DNA of 64,000 bases. Origin: a bacterium (GTDB lineage: Bacteria > UBA8248). Location: positions 3,744,001 to 3,808,000 of the forward strand of contig OZ241875.1 in NCBI GenBank assembly GCA_965203325.1, in the 5' to 3' direction. The notes under the pieces were generated by a model. That model was not told the DNA's origin, searched no databases, and was given only the letters and a program-made list of their open reading frames with translations. The translations under genes were made by a program, and so were the position numbers. Below, piece by piece: positions 42,817 through 52,548 of the stretch; position 1 is the stretch's first letter, and each line of letters begins with the position of its first letter.

Positions 42817-43716
42817 ATGAGCCGATCCGTCGCTTTTATCGGAACCGGCATCATGGGCAAGCCCATGGTGTTGAACTTGCTGAAAGCAGGCCATTCGGTG
42901 GCCGCCCACAACCGGAGCAAGCCTCCGCTGGAGGAGCTGGGAAAGGCGGGCGCGATTGTTTGCGGCTCCGCAGCAGAAGCGGCCTCGAAAGCTGACTTTA
43001 TCATCACCTGTTTGCCCGATTCGCCGGACGTGGAACTGGTCGCCCTGGGCGAGGGGGGCATCATCGAAGGCGCGGAGGAGGGTTCCCTTTTCATCGACAT
43101 GAGCACCATCGCTCCCGGCGTCTCCAGGAAGGTGGCTCAGGCCTTGGGGGAGAAGGGCGTGCGCATGCTCGATGCCCCCGTGAGCGGAGGCGACGTAGGC
43201 GCCAGGGAGGGCACGCTCTCGATCATGGTGGGCGGCGCGGCGGCGGATTTTGAAGATGCTTTGCCCGTCTTCGAGGCCATGGGCAAGACCATCGTCCACG
43301 TGGGCGAGAACGTGGGAGACGGCGGGTACGTGAAGATCGCGAACCAGATCATGGTGGGCCTGCACATCGCCGCGATGAGCGAGGCGCTGGTGCTGGGCGC
43401 GAAAGCGGGCGTGAATCCCGAAAAAATGATCGCTGCCCTATCCGGCGGTCTTGCGCAGTCCCGCGTGCTGGAACTCCGCGGGCCGAACCTGGTGAGGGGG
43501 GAATACCCGCCGGGCTTCCGGATCCGACTGCACCGGAAGGACTTGCGACTCGCGATGGAGGCGGGGGCGGACCTGGGCGTGGCGATTCCTGCGGCGGGCC
43601 AGCTCTATCAGATGTTCACGGCGCTTCTGGCGACGGACCGGGGGGAGCTGGACCACAGCGGCTTCGCGACGCTCATCGAAGACCTCGCCGGCCACAGGGT
43701 CTGCGATACGGACTAG
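42817..43716 (+). CDS. 2-hydroxy-3-oxopropionate reductase-like (GarR/GlxR)
   Basis: GTGIMGKPM, LPDSPDV, DAPVSGG, KIANQ and PGFRIRLHRKDL motifs. Confidence 0.88.
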   Translation: MSRSVAFIGTGIMGKPMVLNLLKAGHSVAAHNRSKPPLEELGKAGAIVCGSAAEAASKADFIITCLPDSPDVELVALGEGGIIEGAEEGSLFIDMSTIAPGVSRKVAQALGEKGVRMLDAPVSGGDVGAREGTLSIMVGGAAADFEDALPVFEAMGKTIVHVGENVGDGGYVKIANQIMVGLHIAAMSEALVLGAKAGVNPEKMIAALSGGLAQSRVLELRGPNLVRGEYPPGFRIRLHRKDLRLAMEAGADLGVAIPAAGQLYQMFTALLATDRGELDHSGFATLIEDLAGHRVCDTD

Positions 43717-43718
43717 CC

Positions 43719-45110
43719 TTACGCGACGACTTCAGGCTCGCCGTCGCCAATCCAGCCGATGGCCGTCATCGAGACTTCCGTACCCGCGACGGGCGATACT
43801 TCCGGTATCTGAATGGCGGTGAAGGCCGGCCTTCGTTTCGGGAAGTATTTCCTGAACAAAGGCTCCAGCGCCGAGAGGTGAGCGATATTCTTAAGGAACA
43901 GCGTCAGGTGCGTCACCCGGCTCATGTCGGCACTGGCTGTTTTCATCGCGCCTTCCATCTGATCGAGAATCGCCAGCCCCTGAAGGACAGCGTTTCTCGT
44001 CGCCGGCGAAGACGCTTTCGGCAGTCTCCGGCGTAGCGCTCCCTTGAGCTCGCTTCTCTTGCTGATCGGCTCGCCGTCTCCGTTCAGGCCCACGAGGTTC
44101 GATAGGAACAACACGCCGCCCGCCGCGATGCCCAGGCTCATCTGAGCGCCTGCTCCATCTTCGCCGCGAATCACCTCGCGCTTGATCTTGCTTTTATCCA
44201 TCAGCGCCGTGGGCTCGATTTCGATTTTCTCCCCCTTGTGGCCGACTTCCGCCACCTGCATCACCGTGAGGGCGGGCGGGTCGTTTGGGAAAAACCGCTC
44301 GTGGACTCGGTGGAAGGTGGGGAAATCGCGCATGTCCCCGAGATATACGGTCAGGTTCAGGATGTTTTCGAGCGAGGAACCGGAACCCTCCAGATGCTTG
44401 CGGATGAGGTCGTAGACGAACCAAGTCTGCGCGGCGATGGGGCCGTTCCTGCTGTCCTCATGGCTCTGGCCGACGGAGAGGAATCTCCCCCTTTTCGGAA
44501 TGTCGGGGTAGTTGCGGATGAGGGGGGAGCCGGGTTTCGAGGTATCGGTCGGAATCTGGCCGGCGACGAAAAGATACGGCCCCGCTCCCACGACATGGGA
44601 GAAATGAGCGGCGGCCGAATGTGCCTTGGAGCCTTCATGCTTCTTCCTTTGCCCCAGAGTTTTCGCCGCCTTGGGGTTCAGGGCGATGGCGTCGATGTTG
44701 AATCGCACGGTAAGTTCCGGGTCGAACGCGCCCATGCCCACGGCGGTGCTCGGCGTGGGCACTTTCGGCTCGTAGTGACGCCTGATGCTGTCGAAGACCG
44801 GGAAAAAGCGCTTGTCGAGCTGATAGAGATGGAACCTGAGCAGGTTTTCCAGTCCCCCGCCGTTCGTTTCGAGCGTTTCTCCCACGCCCTCATAGGTGGC
44901 GACGGCCTGTGCGCCGATGGGCGCTTCGATCTTGTCGACCCAGGGGTAGTTCTTCGTCCGCGCGGGTCCTTTATCCCCGATTTCGGCGTATTTCGTGCAG
45001 ATGTTCCCCGTTTTCGGGTGCATCCCCATCTGCCCGCTGAAGAACAGGAATGGCCCGCCCGAAACGCAACGGGGCCACTTGGCATGGTCTGCAAAGAATT
45101 TTCTGGACAT
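43719..45110 (-). CDS. Triple RidA/YjgF-domain protein
   Basis: Three tandem units (LFFSGQ, LFVAGQ, LFLSNL), each with an AQ/LQ helix, an ENL/ENI/SRV strand and a PxxT motif. Confidence 0.8.
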   Translation of the reverse strand: MSRKFFADHAKWPRCVSGGPFLFFSGQMGMHPKTGNICTKYAEIGDKGPARTKNYPWVDKIEAPIGAQAVATYEGVGETLETNGGGLENLLRFHLYQLDKRFFPVFDSIRRHYEPKVPTPSTAVGMGAFDPELTVRFNIDAIALNPKAAKTLGQRKKHEGSKAHSAAAHFSHVVGAGPYLFVAGQIPTDTSKPGSPLIRNYPDIPKRGRFLSVGQSHEDSRNGPIAAQTWFVYDLIRKHLEGSGSSLENILNLTVYLGDMRDFPTFHRVHERFFPNDPPALTVMQVAEVGHKGEKIEIEPTALMDKSKIKREVIRGEDGAGAQMSLGIAAGGVLFLSNLVGLNGDGEPISKRSELKGALRRRLPKASSPATRNAVLQGLAILDQMEGAMKTASADMSRVTHLTLFLKNIAHLSALEPLFRKYFPKRRPAFTAIQIPEVSPVAGTEVSMTAIGWIGDGEPEVVA

Positions 45111-47438
45111 TTACGCCTCTATGAAGGATGGGGGTTGAAATGCCGTGATCTCGGGAAGTTCTTCCTCGTAGCGCTCCATCTCCACCAGCGCGCTGTGCGC
45201 GCTCGGGCCCTGGCCGAGGCTGGAGGTTCCCTTGTCGGGCGTCAGTACGTTGGGGTTGCCGTGCTTGTCGAGCGCCCCGATTTTCCCCGGCTCCAGCGGG
45301 TCGTACCAGGCGCCCGTGGAGAGCTGGATCACACCCGGCAGCAGCCCCTCGGTGATGACGGCGCCCGCTAAAATCGCGCCGCGCTCGTTGAAGATTCGCA
45401 CCACGTCTCCGTCTCGAATCTCCCGCGCGGCGGCGTCTTCGGGATGAATCCACACCGGTTCCCTGCCCTGAATCTTGCTCTTGATGCTGGTGGATCCGCT
45501 GTCCATCTGGCCGTGGAGTCTCGTGCGCGGCTGGTTCGAGATGAGGTGCAGCGGGAATTTATTCGCCAGTCCGCTTCCCAGCCATTCTACGGGTTCGAGC
45601 CAGGCGGGGTGGGGCGGGCAGTCTGCGTAGCCGAAGCTCGCGATGCGCTCGGAATATATCTCGATTTTCCCCGAAGGCGTTTTGAGCGGATTTTTCTCAG
45701 GGTCTTCTCTGAAATCGGCCAGATAGACGTGCGGCGTCTCCGGCGGGGCGACTTCGGTGTGCCCGGTTTCCCAGAAATGCTCGAACGTGTCGAGAACCAC
45801 GCCCTGAGCAGCGGCTTTCCGGCGCGCCTCCTCGTAGATGTGCCGGAGCCATTCCGTCTCGTCGCGGTCTTCGGTGAAGGCGCTCTTAAAGCCGAGGCGC
45901 CCGGCCAGTTCCGAGAAGATATCGAAATCGTGTCGTGCGTCGCCCACCGGCTCGATCACCTTGTGCATGGCGAGGATGAAGCGATCCCTCGAACTCGAGC
46001 CGATGTCGTTGCGCTCGAGCGTGGTGGTGGCGGGCAGCACGATGTCCGCATGGCGCACCGTGGACGTCCACCAGGGGTCGTGGACGACGATGGTTTCGGG
46101 CCGCCGCCACGCCTTCACCAGCCGGTTCAAATCCTGATGGTGGTGGAATGGATTGCCGCCGCACCAGTACACCATGCGGATGTCCGGGTAGGTGCGGCGC
46201 TCACCGTTGAAGTCGTATTGCTCGTTCGGCTGAAGCAACATGTCCGCGATGCGGGCGACGGGAATGAAGCTGCCGGTCGGGTTTTTCCCGAAATTCATTC
46301 TGACGGAGGGGATGTTCTCACGCGGTTCGCCGCGCCCGCCCATGCTCCCGTAGCCGAAGCCGAAGCCGCCGCCGGGCAGGCCGATTTGCCCGAGCATGGC
46401 GGCGAGCGTGATGGTCATCCAGAACGTCTGTTCGCCGTGATCCCCGCGCTGGAGCGACCAGTTCGTGTTGAGCATGGTTCTTGTGCCCGCCATGCGCCGC
46501 GCGAGGTTTCGGATGACGTCCGCCCCGATCCCCGTGATGGGAGCCGCCCAGTCCGCGTTCTTGGGTCTCCCGTCGGTTTCGCCCGCCAGGTAGGCTTCGA
46601 ACTTCTCGAAACCGACGCAATAGCGCGCGAGAAATTCCTTATCGTGCAGATTCTCCTCCCAAAGCGTGTGGGCGAGGCCGAGCATGAGCGCCACGTCCGT
46701 ATTGGGCCGCACGGCGAGCCACTGCGCGTCCAGAAAATCGGGCGCATCGTCTTTCAGGGGGCTTACGTTCACGAATTCCACCCCGTTCGCCTTCGCCCTT
46801 TCCAGCCATAGCTCCAGGGAGTGTTCTCCCGCGCCTCCCGCCGCCACCTGCGCGTTCTTGACGGGAACGCCGCCGAACATGACGAACAGCCTGGTGTCTT
46901 GCGCGATGCTGTCCCAGGTCGTGATGTGTCCGGCGCAGGAGATAAAATCCCCCATGACGTGGGGGAGGATGACGTACCCGGCGGCGATGCTGTAGGTGGT
47001 CACATGATCCGTGAAGCCGCCGTAGCAGTTGAAAAACCTTTTCACCAGAGTGTTCGCATGGTGGAAGCGGCCCGCGCTCGCCCAGCCGTATGAACCGGCG
47101 AAGATGGATTCGTTGCCGTGTTCGGTCTTGATGCGCTCTATCTCGTCAGCGACCAATCCGAGGGCCGTCTCCCAGGAGACGGGCACGAAGGGTTCGCCGC
47201 CGCGTCCTTCGGTGTTTTTCCCGGGGCCGTGCTCGAGCCAGCCCGCGCGGATCATCGGCCGGGAAATGCGGGTTTCATCATAAATGGCGTCCTGGATGGA
47301 CTCCAGGATGGGGGAGGGCGCCGGGTCCTTGGCGAAAGGTTCGAAACCCACCATGCGGCCATCGCGCACGTGCGCCCGGAATGCGCCCCAGTGGGAGCTG
47401 TGGTGACGTTTTTCAATTCCACGTTGCCCGTCGGGCAT
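45111..47438 (-). CDS. Cytoplasmic DMSO-reductase-family molybdoenzyme (BisC-like S-/N-oxide reductase)
   Basis: SHWGAF, GSYGWASAGRFHHA, YS ligand region, GGNPFHHHQD, HADIVLPATT and TGAWYDP motifs; no Tat signal or Fe-S motif. Confidence 0.88.
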   Translation of the reverse strand: MPDGQRGIEKRHHSSHWGAFRAHVRDGRMVGFEPFAKDPAPSPILESIQDAIYDETRISRPMIRAGWLEHGPGKNTEGRGGEPFVPVSWETALGLVADEIERIKTEHGNESIFAGSYGWASAGRFHHANTLVKRFFNCYGGFTDHVTTYSIAAGYVILPHVMGDFISCAGHITTWDSIAQDTRLFVMFGGVPVKNAQVAAGGAGEHSLELWLERAKANGVEFVNVSPLKDDAPDFLDAQWLAVRPNTDVALMLGLAHTLWEENLHDKEFLARYCVGFEKFEAYLAGETDGRPKNADWAAPITGIGADVIRNLARRMAGTRTMLNTNWSLQRGDHGEQTFWMTITLAAMLGQIGLPGGGFGFGYGSMGGRGEPRENIPSVRMNFGKNPTGSFIPVARIADMLLQPNEQYDFNGERRTYPDIRMVYWCGGNPFHHHQDLNRLVKAWRRPETIVVHDPWWTSTVRHADIVLPATTTLERNDIGSSSRDRFILAMHKVIEPVGDARHDFDIFSELAGRLGFKSAFTEDRDETEWLRHIYEEARRKAAAQGVVLDTFEHFWETGHTEVAPPETPHVYLADFREDPEKNPLKTPSGKIEIYSERIASFGYADCPPHPAWLEPVEWLGSGLANKFPLHLISNQPRTRLHGQMDSGSTSIKSKIQGREPVWIHPEDAAAREIRDGDVVRIFNERGAILAGAVITEGLLPGVIQLSTGAWYDPLEPGKIGALDKHGNPNVLTPDKGTSSLGQGPSAHSALVEMERYEEELPEITAFQPPSFIEA

Positions 47439-47620
47439 CAGATGATTTCCTCCACGAATCTGAGTCGAACCCATGATTTGGCGGAGTATATCACGAGTGG
47501 GAGCGAAGTCCCTCCGCTCTGGCGCTTCCTGCGTCCAAAACAGGTTATGGGATGATTTTAGGGCCGGAATGTGCCATTGTTCCACCTTCTGGGTTCAATT
47601 TTTCTCATCTGGAGACGCTC

Positions 47621-48106
47621 ATGGATGTGCTCACGCGAATGGCCGGTGAAATCGGGCAATTGCTGAAGGACAACGGACAAACGGTCGCCGTTTCGGAAAC
47701 GTCCGCCGGCGGCCTGGTGTCGGCCGCTCTGCTCGCCGTTCCGGGGGCTTCCGCCTACTACATGGGCGGCGGGGTGCTCTACACCTACGATTCGAGGAGC
47801 ATCCTGCTCGGCTTGCCCGAGGACGCCTTCGAGGGAATGCGGCCGAGCACGGAGCCCTACGCGGCGAAGCTGGCCACGGCGATCAAGGACAGGCTGGGGT
47901 CGACATGGGGCGTTTCCGAAACCGGGGCGGCCGGCCCTGCCGGCAACAGATACGGGGACGCGCCGGGGCATTCGTGCATGGCGGTTTCCGGCCCGGTGGA
48001 GGAGGTGATGACGCTGGAGACGGGCAGCGCGGACAGGGAGGCGAATATGTGGGCGTTCGCCGAGGCGGCGCTCGGCCTGCTCAAAGAGGCAATCGAACAA
48101 AGCTAA
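47621..48106 (+). CDS. CinA/PncC family protein
   Basis: AVSETSAGG, PGASAYY and SETGAAGP motifs. Confidence 0.85.
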   Translation: MDVLTRMAGEIGQLLKDNGQTVAVSETSAGGLVSAALLAVPGASAYYMGGGVLYTYDSRSILLGLPEDAFEGMRPSTEPYAAKLATAIKDRLGSTWGVSETGAAGPAGNRYGDAPGHSCMAVSGPVEEVMTLETGSADREANMWAFAEAALGLLKEAIEQS

Positions 48107-48125
48107 CCATATGGAGAGATACGTT

Positions 48126-49112
48126 ATGTTTCGTGCTCTGGTTTTGGAAGAAGATGACGGGAAGGTCAGTTCATCCGTTCAGGAACTCGACGAGGCGAGC
48201 CTGCCGGACGGCGACGTGACGGTCGCTATCGATTATTCGACGCTCAACTACAAGGACGGGATGATCCTGAAGGGCATCGGACGTCTGGTGCGCAATTATC
48301 CTCACGTACCGGGCATTGATTTCTCGGGCACGGTGGAGGAGAGCGCGCACGCAGGTTACAGCCCTGGCGACAAGGTGATTCTCACCGGCTGGCGGGTCGG
48401 CGAGGCGCACTGGGGCGGATACGCCCAAAAGGCGCGCGTGAAGGGGGATTGGCTGGTTCACCTGCCGGAAAATATGTCCACGAGGCAGGCGATGGCGCTC
48501 GGCACGGCCGGCTTCACGGCCATGCTCTCCGTTCAGGCGCTCGAAGACCACGGCCTGGGCGTCGAAGACGGGGAAGTTCTGGTAACAGGCGCCGCAGGCG
48601 GGGTGGGTTCCGTTGCGGTGGCCGTTCTCGCGAATCTGGGTTATTCCGTCACCGCGTCGACGGGGAGAGAGGAAACCCACGCTTATCTCGAATCACTCGG
48701 CGCTTCCGCCATCATCGCGCGGAGCGAACTCGCCGAACCCACGAAACGCCCGCTCGAGAGCGAACGCTGGGCGGGTTGCATCGATTCGGTGGGCGGCACG
48801 ACGCTCGGACGCCTGCTGACGCAGATGAAACACCGAAGTTCCGTGGCGGCGGTGGGTCTGGCGGGCGGGAGCGCCCTCGAGACGACGGTGATCCCGTTCC
48901 TTCTGCGGGGTGTAAACCTGCTGGGTATCGATTCCGTCATGTGCCCCTTCGAGCCTCGTCAAAAGGCGTGGACGCGGCTTGCGGAGGAGATGCCGATGGA
49001 CAAGCTCGAATCCATGAGCACCCAGGCGTCGCTTTCCGATCTGGCCGGACTGAGCGGCGATATCCTGAAAGGGCAGGTGAAGGGTCGCGTGGTCGTGGAC
49101 GTGAACGCCTAG
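48126..49112 (+). CDS. acuI: MDR oxidoreductase, acryloyl-CoA reductase AcuI/YhdH type
   Basis: YSTLNYKD, GTAGFTAML, TGAAGGVGS and PFLLRGVNLLGIDSV motifs. Confidence 0.88.
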   Translation: MFRALVLEEDDGKVSSSVQELDEASLPDGDVTVAIDYSTLNYKDGMILKGIGRLVRNYPHVPGIDFSGTVEESAHAGYSPGDKVILTGWRVGEAHWGGYAQKARVKGDWLVHLPENMSTRQAMALGTAGFTAMLSVQALEDHGLGVEDGEVLVTGAAGGVGSVAVAVLANLGYSVTASTGREETHAYLESLGASAIIARSELAEPTKRPLESERWAGCIDSVGGTTLGRLLTQMKHRSSVAAVGLAGGSALETTVIPFLLRGVNLLGIDSVMCPFEPRQKAWTRLAEEMPMDKLESMSTQASLSDLAGLSGDILKGQVKGRVVVDVNA

Positions 49113-49561
49113 GCGTTTCGTTTTTTCGTCAACTCGCGGTCTAAGGCCGCAGCGAACTTGTGGCGGTCCGCGGTGGCCATGGGAGGCGGGCCGCCCTGGA
49201 CGAGGCCGCCCGAGCGCATATCCATCATGAAGTTTCTCAAAGACAGCCGCTCGCCCACGTTTTCTTCGGTATAAACCTCACCGCGCGGGTCGATGCCCAA
49301 AGCGCCTTTTTCGACCGCTTTCGCCGCGAAGGGAACATCCGCGGTGATGACGAAATCGCCCGGGCTCAGGTTCTCGGTGATGTATTCATCGGCTACGTCC
49401 GCTCCGCCGGGGACCTGAATCGTGGAGACGGAAGGGATGTCCGGCGGCCGCAGCTTCATGTTGGCGACCAGAACTGTTGGAATATCAAGTCGCTCGGCGG
49501 TTTTGTAGAGAATCTCCTTGATATCTTGCGGACATGCGTCGGCATCCACCCAGATTTTCAT
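49109..49561 (-). CDS. YaiI/YqxD family protein (DUF188)
   Basis: IWVDADACP, DVAD, VITADVP and IDPRG motifs. Confidence 0.9.
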   Translation of the reverse strand: MKIWVDADACPQDIKEILYKTAERLDIPTVLVANMKLRPPDIPSVSTIQVPGGADVADEYITENLSPGDFVITADVPFAAKAVEKGALGIDPRGEVYTEENVGERLSLRNFMMDMRSGGLVQGGPPPMATADRHKFAAALDRELTKKRNA

Positions 49562-49679
49562 GCGTTCTCCCTCTCATCGCCCTTAATCACGGCGACTTCT
49601 TTTAGTATGATGCTTTTTATTCGGGATGCCCAATGGGCCAGACGCAAGTGAAGGGCATTTTTGCGCGGAGGGAGAAGAG

Positions 49680-49895
49680 ATGGCGGAACCGCAAGAGGGT
49701 CAAGCGAAAATAGCGGCGCGAATCGCAGATATGGCCGCTGCCGTCTTCGGCGTGCCCCGGGATGAACTCGGCCTCAAGACGGCGGATGATTGCGCACAGA
49801 TGCTCCAGATTCTCTCAGGCACACCCGTTGAGTCCACCGATGAGCCGTTCCTCCCCCCGCTCGAAAACTGCAAGTCCGATGAGGGTGCGGAATGA
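49680..49895 (+). CDS. Small protein translationally coupled to an amidase (GatC/AtzG-like candidate)
   Basis: RBS GGAGGGAG; 71 aa; C-terminal DEP motif; ATGA overlap with the amidase start. Confidence 0.55.
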   Translation: MAEPQEGQAKIAARIADMAAAVFGVPRDELGLKTADDCAQMLQILSGTPVESTDEPFLPPLENCKSDEGAE

Positions 49896-51235
49896 GTGAA
49901 CACTGGCGCCTTTCGTTGAGCGAGGGTTTAAGCAAGTTGGAAGAGGGCTCTCTCGCCGCGGCGGAGTGGGTGCGTTCTTTGCTGTCCCGCATCGATGCGT
50001 GTGAGGAGCAGGTGAAGGCCTGGGTGCAGGTGGACGCAGAGGGCGCGCTCGAGGCGGCGAAGGCGGTGGATGACGCCAGAAGCGCCGGTGAGGAATTGGG
50101 TCCCCTGGCGGGCGCGCCGTATGCGGCCAAGGATATTTTCGGCGTCCGGGGCCTCAAGATGGAAGCCGGAACGCATATCTTCAAGGGACGCACGGCTGAG
50201 GAGGACGCCGCCTGCGTGGCGCGCGTGCGAGATGCCGGCGCGGTCTCCATGGGCAAGGCGGTGACGACGCCTTTCGCGCAGGGAGACCCCTCCATCACCC
50301 GCAACCCCTGGAACACCGAACGAAGCCCGGGCGGGTCGAGCAGCGGCTCCGCCGCCGCGGTGGGCGCGGGCATGGTACCCGCCGCGTTCGGCAGCCAGAC
50401 GACGGGCTCCACGCTTCGCCCCGCCGCGTATTGCGGCGTACCGGGCCTGAAACCCACCTATGGACGCATTCCCAGGACGGGCGTGATGAGCGTTTCGTGG
50501 AATTTCGATCATTTGGGAATCATCGCGCGCACGGTCGAGGACATCGCGATAATCATGGAGGTAGTGTCAGGCCCCGATGGCGCGGATCACAGCGCGGTGA
50601 ACGCCCCGCCGCCCGCCGCGAACCAGACGCCCCGAAAGCCGGAGAAAATCGCGTATCTCAAGCATCTACTCGATCTGGCGAGCGAGGAAGTGGCCGAGTG
50701 GACCGAGCGGACCGTAGCTCAAGTAAAATCAAAGGGTATCGAAGTCGAGGAGGTGGAACTGCCTCTCAGCATGGATGAGATAAACGCGGCGCATTTCATC
50801 GGCCGGTGCGTGGATCTGGCTTCCTGCCATCAGGATTTGTACGAGGCGCACAGGGATGATCTCCCGCCTTTCGTGCGCAGGAGCATGACGATCGGCTATA
50901 TGACGCCTGCCGTCCATTACGTGAAGGCGATGCGCGTTCGTGCGAATTTCACCCGGAAAATGGACGATCTGATGGAGCGCTACGATCTGTTCATGCTGCC
51001 GAGTTTCGATTCGGCGCCGCCGCCGTGGGCGGAATCCACCGGCGGGCCGGCCTTTTTGCAGCCGCTCACCTTCTCGGGGCAGCCCGCGATCACGCTGCCC
51101 CTGGGACGCGGGAACATGAACCTTCCCCTGGGGATACAGTTCGGCGCGATACGCTGCGGCGAGGAGAAGCTCCTTGCGACCGCGAGGTGGTTCGAGGACG
51201 AGATGGGCTGGATGGCGGAGTTTCCCGAATTTTAG
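49892..51235 (+). CDS. Amidase signature family protein
   Basis: AKDIF, PGGSSSGS and GSQTTGSTLRPA motifs. Confidence 0.92.
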   Translation: MSEHWRLSLSEGLSKLEEGSLAAAEWVRSLLSRIDACEEQVKAWVQVDAEGALEAAKAVDDARSAGEELGPLAGAPYAAKDIFGVRGLKMEAGTHIFKGRTAEEDAACVARVRDAGAVSMGKAVTTPFAQGDPSITRNPWNTERSPGGSSSGSAAAVGAGMVPAAFGSQTTGSTLRPAAYCGVPGLKPTYGRIPRTGVMSVSWNFDHLGIIARTVEDIAIIMEVVSGPDGADHSAVNAPPPAANQTPRKPEKIAYLKHLLDLASEEVAEWTERTVAQVKSKGIEVEEVELPLSMDEINAAHFIGRCVDLASCHQDLYEAHRDDLPPFVRRSMTIGYMTPAVHYVKAMRVRANFTRKMDDLMERYDLFMLPSFDSAPPPWAESTGGPAFLQPLTFSGQPAITLPLGRGNMNLPLGIQFGAIRCGEEKLLATARWFEDEMGWMAEFPEF

Positions 51236-51277
51236 AACGGCATATATTCTTGATTTCTTGACATAGAGGGGCCTGAA

Positions 51278-52423
51278 ATGAACGAGACCGGACTTGAAAC
51301 GGCGGCAGGAGAAACAACCGATGCGGTGAAGCTCAAGATCATCGACGCGGACATCCATCCGCGCATGAACGGCATGCACCAGCTTCATCCGTATCTGTCC
51401 GAATCGTGGCGCAAGCGCATGGGCGTGGCGCCGCTCAGTTCCGCGAAAGACCCCAACACCGCGCGGAACGTCTTTTCGATACCCAAGCGCTGGTACTACC
51501 ATCCCCACGGTGCGGAACGCCCCGACGCCCTGCCGCCCGACGGCGGGAGACCCGGTTCGAACCTCGACATGCTGCGCTCCCACCATCTGGACAAATACGG
51601 CATCGACACCGGCATTCTCATCGCAGGCGATCTGTTCGGCATCGGGGGACTGCCGGACGCCGACATGGCGGCGGCCTTCATCGCGGCGAACAACGACTGG
51701 CTGCTCCACGAGTGGTGCGAACCCGAACCCCGCCTCAAGCTCGCCATGCACGTCGGCCCGCGCGACCCGGGGCTCGCCGTCAAGGAAATCGAGAGAATCG
51801 GCGCGCATCCCGCCGTGGTGCAGGTGCAGATTCCGCAGATGGACGTGTTGCTGGGGAACCGCCACTACTATCCCATCTACGAGGCCTCAGAAGCCATGGG
51901 CCTGGCCATCGGGATGCACGGCGCAGGAGAGGCGGCGGGGGTGAACACGCCCATGAACCCCACGGGAATCCCCGCCTATTACATCGAGGTGCACACGGGC
52001 GCGGTGACGATAGCGCAGGCGCAGGTGATCAGCCTGGTGTGCGAGGGCGTGTTCGTTCGCTTCCCGAAACTCAAGGTCGTCTTTCAGGAGATGGGCTACG
52101 CCTGGCTGCCGAGCATCATGTGGCGCTTCGATCAGGAATGGCGCTCGCTGCGCGCGGAGGTGCCCTGGCTCGAACGTCCGCCGAGTGAGTACATCGTCGA
52201 CCACATCCGGCTGACCACGCAGCCCATCGCGGAGCCGCCCACCAACGAGGACCACCGCCAGATTCTCAGGATGGCTAAAGCGGAGAAGACGCTTCTGTTC
52301 GCGTCCGATTATCCGCATTGGGACTTCGACAATCCCCGGCAGGTTTTTCAGGAAGTCTCGGATGAGATGAGGCGGCGCATCTACCACGAGAGCGCCGAGG
52401 AGCTTTATGGGCACAAGCTCTAG
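51278..52423 (+). CDS. Amidohydrolase_2-fold protein, probable dinuclear-metal oxygenase (AibH2/PtmU3-like)
   Basis: IDADIHP, PGSN, NDW, EIERIG, YYPIYEA, TTQPIAEP and FASDYPHWDFD motifs. Confidence 0.8.
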   Translation: MNETGLETAAGETTDAVKLKIIDADIHPRMNGMHQLHPYLSESWRKRMGVAPLSSAKDPNTARNVFSIPKRWYYHPHGAERPDALPPDGGRPGSNLDMLRSHHLDKYGIDTGILIAGDLFGIGGLPDADMAAAFIAANNDWLLHEWCEPEPRLKLAMHVGPRDPGLAVKEIERIGAHPAVVQVQIPQMDVLLGNRHYYPIYEASEAMGLAIGMHGAGEAAGVNTPMNPTGIPAYYIEVHTGAVTIAQAQVISLVCEGVFVRFPKLKVVFQEMGYAWLPSIMWRFDQEWRSLRAEVPWLERPPSEYIVDHIRLTTQPIAEPPTNEDHRQILRMAKAEKTLLFASDYPHWDFDNPRQVFQEVSDEMRRRIYHESAEELYGHKL

Positions 52424-52548
52424 TAGGAGCTCGTAACAAGGCTGTTGAAATAGCCCCTCGTCGAGGGTACCGCTTCTACCTCCGATGCGAGATGGTTTGG
52501 CGGGCGACGTGGAAGAGGAAGTCCACCCGCATCAATCGGGCTTTCACC

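Noticed and set aside
49849..49861. 13-bp match (TCCTCCCCCCGCT) to the tRNA-fMet 3' arm, a possible attR of an island starting at 32.9 kb
   Set aside because: Short, low-complexity and inside a probable CDS; no integrase; housekeeping trmL lies within the supposed island.
52439..52457. GGCTGTTGAAA resembling an IS/MITE terminal repeat
   Set aside because: No matching second end, target duplication or transposase was found.
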